Of a stretch of DNA of 55,615 bases, positions 49,421-55,615 are shown piece after piece. Under the pieces are notes generated by a model that was given only the letters and a program-made list of their open reading frames with translations, was not told where the DNA came from and did not search any database. Numbering within the stretch: the first letter of the stretch is position 1; the number at the start of each line of letters is the position of its first letter. The translations under genes were made by a program, and so were the position numbers. Origin of the DNA: Catajapyx aquilonaris (Eukaryota); the NCBI GenBank assembly GCA_000934665.2, contig JYFJ02002524.1, positions 1 through 55,615 on the forward strand, in the 5' to 3' direction.

Positions 49421-50469
49421 TAAATTGTCATTGTCTAGAATTGACCTGGGAAAAAATGCAGAAAAAAATATATCCAAGTTACGACTGACGGGCATCAAGT
49501 GACGATGATTTGATAAAGAAAGCACGTAGAGACCGTAACTTATAATCGTCGATACAGAAAAAGACCTCGTTAGAAATGCACGTCCTCGCTCCACCCTAGA
49601 CTTTGAAACGTTTCGGAAACTGCTTAACTGTACCATAAGGTGCTTTATTAGGAGCCTAGAAAGCGGGGGTTCCCCCGGAGTTTAATTCCGATTAAACGAA
49701 AGGGAGGGAGGGGGGCAAAACATTCCGGATCGGATTTACGGCCACGTTTTCTTCCCCACCGGCTGCTGGGAATTATTTAGGCAAAGTCACAGCTTCAATA
49801 CTCCTCAAGTGTAATGTACTCACCAATTGCAGCCTGGGGCGACGCGACGGAGCACTCCCAGAGTGGAGACCTGCATCTGAAATGGCGGGGGCAAAAGTTA
49901 CGCCAGGCTTTTGATCGATGGTGGTAAATGGTGGAGGTGTAATAAGCTGGGTGGAAGTTAGACTCTAATGGTGTCCAAAAATGGGGGCAAATGTTGCGAT
50001 TTTTAAAAGTGGCTGGGTAATTGTATATATCAACCTAATTCATATACGGCAGTGCATTTCACCCATCTTTGTGAAACACCCTGTACTTTGCATTGTTGCG
50101 CCCTGAGGTCATTGACTCATAGTGCAAGCACTTCCCTGACAATATGCTACAAAATAATGTAAGCATAACGTTACGCTGGAATAATATCATGCAACGTAAC
50201 CGGATTGTTATGACGCTTCAAGCTATTTAATAAACTCGATGCAAATACATGGCGTATTGCAAACAGATAGGCCCAGACAGTAAAGAAAACACTAATTGTA
50301 CATGGTGTTGCACAACATAAGACCACGGTTCAAGATAGGGCAGATTGTTTACTACAGCAACAAACATGGCTTCCAAAAGGGGATCGGGCCGTTCGTAGCG
50401 TAGCAGTTAAATCCAGTTAAATCACTTCACATTGTTGGCCCTATTTTGAAACACGGAACGGTACTGGGT

Positions 50470-50900
50470 AATACAAAATAAGCTGCTACTGCTTACGGAA
50501 ATAACTATTATGATAGTTGATGCTTGAATCTCCTTAACAGTTACAGTAGCCGTTACTTTCAACACCTTCACCATTAAGATAGCCACTATTTTAAATCCGT
50601 AACCGATATAATCGCTGCTCATGTCAGTAACTTAGATGTTATGATAACCGCTATTTTCATTCCTATTAACCTTCATTAATTCAGTAACTTCTTACCTTCT
50701 TACGTTCTTAAAATCGCTTCTTTCAGCCCTTAACAGTTACAGCAGCCGTTACTTTCAGTCCTTTCCCCATTATGATAGCCGCTACGTTAAGTCCTTAACC
50801 GTTATGATCGCTGCTAATTTCAGTACTTTCACGGTTATGGCAACCGCTTCTTTCAGCCCTTTATCAGCTACACCAGCTGTTCCTTTCAGCCATATTATAA
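50470..50900. repeat. Degenerate ccttaacagttacag/gccgctactttcag array
   Basis: Segment 50532-50640 recurs at about 50728-50840. Confidence 0.65.
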
Positions 50901-50965
50901 GCTGCTTGTTTAGCTGCCGAAACCGAATAGGCCGTTTTCAGCATAGCAGTCTGGTATAGTGCTAT

Positions 50966-51049
50966 ACTCTAACAAAGGCCACAACAAAGACAAAGGAATG
51001 CAGCTGCTGAGCTAGATTACTTTGTCTTTGTAGTAGCCTTTGTTAGAGT
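50966..51049. repeat. 84-bp hairpin (40-bp arms, 4-nt loop)
   Basis: actctaacaaaggccacaacaaagacaaaggaatgcagct-gctg-agctagattactttgtctttgtagtagcctttgttagagt; about 5 mismatches. Confidence 0.85.
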
Positions 51050-52122
51050 CATCGTCAGCTACAAACGTGCCCCTTCTTTATACCAATTATGGTGACAGTT
51101 ATTGGCAAATAGCATATGTCAATGAGCTGTCATCCACCGAATTGACCACTCACGTGACTCCCTCCCCTCCACTCGACTAAAGCCACTGTAAAAGCGTCCC
51201 ATAAAGCGCCTGAACCCCGCTAACAAATAGCCAAATTGACTCAAGTGGTACTTGTGCACTACTTGAGGGCCACGCAAGAGAGAAGAGCATAGCTTTTTTG
51301 GCAGCCTATCAAACGCTCCCTCCCTCCTCCCCACCAAGCATCAAGCACCCTCCAATTGGTCCGATAACCCAATCGACAGAGGGTGATCGAATTTGGCCGC
51401 CGGGGATCGCTACTAAACGCTTCCTGCTGTTGTCATGGCCGACGTCGGAGGATAGAAAGAGGGCACAGGTTGGACGTCCACAACTTAATTGGAGATGGCG
51501 AGAGGGCCTTATCTTTGAGCCGCTTTCATGCAAGGCTGCCAACTTGTCAACGGGGCAAAGTCGGAAGAAGAAAAGATGCGAGACTTAAAAGGAGCTGACG
51601 CGACGGATTAGGGACGAGATGTGTGTACAGGGCGTGTAAAACGCGGATATGGATCGAACGACATCAGGCCACAAACGGCAACGTTGGGGAAAGTATCAGC
51701 TATGTGAATGCAACTTAGCAGCTTTTTTTGGTTTTTGACTAAGGAAATTACCCTGCTGAGACTCCATGTCCCATAAGTTGGAACTCGTATTGTCCCATGA
51801 GTTGGACATCCACTGTCCCATAAGTTGGACATCTACTGTCCCATAAGTTGGACATCTAATGTCCCATAAGATGTGAACATTCACTGCTCAGAAGAAAGAC
51901 CAATCCAACCAACCAACTCTGTGAAGATAGACACACAACTGTCCCATCAGATAAGCATCCACTGTCCTATCAGTTGAACATCATACTGTCCTACAAGTAG
52001 GACATTGTATTCCCTCATAAGGTGGACATCTCATTGTCCCATAATGTGGACATCTTATTGTCTCATAAGTTGCACATGTACTCTTTCATAAGTTGGACAT
52101 GTACTCTCCCATAAGTTGGACA

Positions 52123-52270
52123 CAAGGGGGTAATCACTTCGGTACTCCGGTGTACACCTGGGAGTGGTACTCCCTGGTACTCCTCAGGCACCTCACTCTT
52201 TATTACTCCGTGGTACTCCTTGAATTTGGTACTCCAGTGTACACTTTTCAGTCGAGTTATTACCCCCTTG
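52123..52270. mobile_element. 148-bp MITE with an 8-bp TSD (hAT- or P-like)
   Basis: TIR caagggggtaat/attacccccttg, gttggaca on both sides, and internal ggtactcc repeats. Confidence 0.85.
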
Positions 52271-52597
52271 GTTGGACATGTACTCTCCCATAAGTTGAAC
52301 ATCCAGTTCTCAAAAGATAGAGGAACAATTGTCTCATGGACTGGGCATCTCACTGTCTTTCAATGTGGACATTCAACTGTCCCATCAGATAGTATTCACT
52401 GCCCCATTAAGTGGACATTTACTGTTCCATAAAATTGACATGTATTGACCCTTAAGGTGGACATCCTTCTGACCCATATGTTGGACATCGTATTTCCCCA
52501 TAAGTTGAACATCTGCTGTCTCATAAGAAGACATTCTGCACAATAAGTTGGACACATATCATTACAAAAGATGAACATCTACTTCCACATAAGATGG

Positions 52598-52793
52598 TTT
52601 GTTTGTTTGTTATGCTAAAGTAACTAAGGCTACCTGGCAATCGCATAGTGGGTTTTTGGTAGTGGGAGGAAACGGGAGAATCCCGAGAAAACCCACGCAA
52701 ATACGGCGAGAAAACCCATCGAAGCTCTTTCTACATAAGTGACCTCCGGCCGTCCCGGGGATCGAACTCAGGACCTTCCAGGTGTCTTCCATC
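52598..52793 (-). mobile_element. 5'-truncated tRNA-derived SINE with a V/Meta-SINE-like central domain
   Basis: The minus strand reads B-box gagttcgatccc, then gcgtgggttttctcgggattctcccgtttcctcccac (similar to the V-SINE/MetaSINE core), then an (AAAC)n tail. Direct repeat ccacataagatgg at 52585-52597 and 52794-52806. Confidence 0.75.
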
Positions 52794-54044
52794 CCACATA
52801 AGATGGATACCCACATTGTCCAATAAGCTAAACACAACTGCCTTATCACATTCACTGTCCCGTGAAGTGGACATGTACTGTCGCAAAAGGATGACATTCA
52901 ACCGTCCCATCAGGGAAACATCTCTTCCATGTATGAGGTGGGCATCGACTGTCCCATAAGATTGATATTCAGCAGCCCTATAAGTGGGACAGCAAATATC
53001 CAATATATCAGACAACTCCATGCCAAAGACGCTGGCATCTCGAAGTACCATAAGATGGACACCCCAGCGTCCAAATAAATTGGACATTTGGTATGAATTA
53101 ATTCCTAGTAAACTGTCAGTTCGAGTCAATCGACGGCTACACAATTGGCTATTTTTGTGATCCAAAAATTAGCTGCTATTGATACTCGACCCGCTTATAC
53201 TTGAAAAAATGGCGGCTACCAGTTACTGTAAATATGCTAGATCTATGTACTTAGTCTTAATCACACAGGACACGTTTGCACCAACTTAACTGCCTGATAT
53301 TTTTTTTAAAAAAACCATTTGTTTAACACCCCCTCGTACATTATGAGACCCTACAGTGTTGTGACCCCCCGAGCCAAGCTTGTGGACACAATGATACCAC
53401 AGGTTTGGAGAAAAGCTCTTGCTAATTGGCGCCCCTGGTGTGAAGCCCAGGAAAACACAGATAAATCAAATCAAATTTGCGGACTCCGGGCACCCTTAAC
53501 AGCCCCCCCCCCTCCCCCCACTCCGGAAACTCTCTCTTTAGAAAGTGGCCCGGAACAAGTCTGTTCTACCGAAAGAGGGAGGCATTTAATCAACGTCCGT
53601 ACCAGTCTGGAGGCAGCAAGACAGGGTCACCAGCTCCGGAAAACTTTATCCGGGAGGAAGTGAGGTGGATCAAAAAAAGTTTCGGACAAAAGTATGCACC
53701 CAACATTGTTTGTGACGCCCCCACCAGATGGCTGGGGGTGTCAAGTGGTGGACCTGGGAGGAGGCTAAGAACTTGGAGTGAGTCGTAAGGGAGCTTAGGG
53801 TGAGGCTAGTTGAATAAATAGGTGGTTGGCAACCTCTTGGACACCACCATGAACTAGGTCAGATCTTACGTTAGAAACACCTTGCTAGTAGTTCGGATGG
53901 TTCCCAGTAGATTTTTTTTTACGATGCAAGTAATGCGCACCGACACTCGCGCAGCTGCATTGTTCTCACATCTCACTACGTTCTGCCACTCCTTAGGGGC
54001 TAAATTAACAACAACAACAATAATACCGGTAATAATAATAATTT

Positions 54045-54350
54045 AAAAAGAAATAACTAATATATTAGCAAAAGAAATAACTAATATATTAGCAAAAGAA
54101 ATAACTAATATATTAGCAAAAGAAATAACTAATATATTAACAAAGGAAATAACTAATATGGTAATGAAAGAAATAACTAATGTGTTAATAAAAGAAATAA
54201 CTAATACAGCTATTTATAAAAATAACTAATACAGTCAATTATAAAAATAATAACTAATACAGTGAATTATAAAAATAATAACTAATACAGTGAATTATAA
54301 AAATAATAACTAATACAGTGAATTATAAAAATAATAACTAATAAATAAAA
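54045..54350. repeat. 24-bp then 28-bp AT-rich minisatellites sharing aataactaata
   Basis: Periodicity visible at 54061/54085 and 54255/54283. Confidence 0.9.
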
Positions 54351-55615
54351 TTTAATAAAATTCACACGCGTAGCCCTCGAGGTTCGTCGTTCCAGATCCT
54401 TGGCAACGTCGCAAACTTCCGCTATTTTGTTCTCCCCCAATCGTAGCGTTGGAAATAAGTGCAGCGCAGTATACACCAAGCAGGGAGATATAACCAGCTG
54501 TCATTGATAATCCCAACTGTGCATGCTGCCCGAACAGTGGTGCGCACTTGGTTACGTCCAATGTGTGCCGCCATATTTAATCCAAATTTCTTGATGTTGT
54601 TTTTGTTCTCTAACTGGATTGAAGTCAGAGTTGCCAACCCCTAGAAGGTCACAATAAGTCAGTTGGCAACATTGAATCCGGGTGCCGTACCCGTACCGAA
54701 ACTACAGTACCTAAAATTGCATAGTATGCCAACCGCAGCTTTCCTTGAGCCCCAAAAAAGTGGAAAATCCGCCAGGCGGCACTGCGATCGACAGGATTGC
54801 TACTCCTGCCATTACGCCTTATGGGGAAGCGCGGTTCTCCACGCCTATTTCTCGATCTATGTCGGGGTTTCGGATATCAGCTTATAGTATTTTTATGGAG
54901 GAAATGTGATACACTGTGTATTCTATTTTTCCGACTGAAAAAGGTGCACTTTAGTAGCCCTATGGGTGGGGAATATATTGGGAAAGTAGTAATCGCCACG
55001 ATATGGCGCTCCATATCACTTTAAAAATATCTCGTGAGACCAAATTTTGTCAAAATATTATCCTTTATCTTTGACTGTACGACTGACAATGACAATGGAA
55101 ATTTGATATCTTGTACATCATTAGGCTGTGTCTTTGGATGGGGGCGGCATTGGATAATTTGTGATATATATTGATTGAACCTCAATATAGCCCGCGATAT
55201 AGCCTAATATTATGTCACACAACATGGTCATGTCTTGCTCATTTATATCATGAAATCATAATTATTACAACTATGTGTAAGTTAGCCTATATGAACACAA
55301 GTTAATAGTGATCCTCAACATATTATACATACTTACATCACACAACATGCTCACTCCTGTACACAGTGATCGGCACTAAAAACTTGAATGTAATTAAATA
55401 CTAAATACTAAATACTGAATACATCAAAGGTATTTACATACTTTTGTAAATACATTTCAAGTACATTGACAAGTACATTTGTTAATGTGCAACTAATTTC
55501 TTACCATCACTCATTGGATAAAATAAGAAAACATAACATATTTCTACTTTTATATCCATTCCATTAATAAGCTATATGTTTTCAAGACTTCAACTTCAGT
55601 AAAAGGGTAAGTTTC

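Larger units (their letters stand above)
51760..53095. repeat. About 23-26-bp array ctgtcccataagttggacatc interrupted by a MITE and a SINE
   Basis: Dozens of degenerate cccataag..ggacat units. Confidence 0.85.

Noticed and set aside
50072..50085. Tc1/mariner-like end tgaaacaccctgta
   Set aside because: Only one short end, with no correctly oriented partner or transposase remnant found.
54626..54674. Mini inverted repeat cagagttgccaac...gttggcaacattg (hAT Tip100-like ends)
   Set aside because: Very short, no TSD, and the motif is common throughout the window.

Overview
Eukaryotic genomic DNA, most likely from an arthropod or other protostome (inferred from the gene content). The only convincing protein-coding genes are two tandem, intronless, same-strand paralogs of the divergent ionotropic receptor (IR, iGluR-related chemoreceptor) family, at 38478/38505-40388 and 40629-42506, only 240 bp apart. 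They are a mosaic of near-identical tracts (N-terminal region, transmembrane core) and diverged ligand-binding lobes. The non-coding remainder alternates roughly every 2-2.5 kb between locally amplified, often degenerate tandem arrays with differing units and more complex islands carrying G/C homopolymer or purine/pyrimidine tracts and CTCF-like motifs. Several non-autonomous elements are present: two tRNA-derived SINEs, tiny 3'-tail retroposon insertions, and MITEs with hAT-, P- and PIF/Harbinger-like ends and target-site duplications (TSDs). All other ORFs in the track look like translations of repeats or low-complexity DNA. All counts were made by eye and need computational confirmation.
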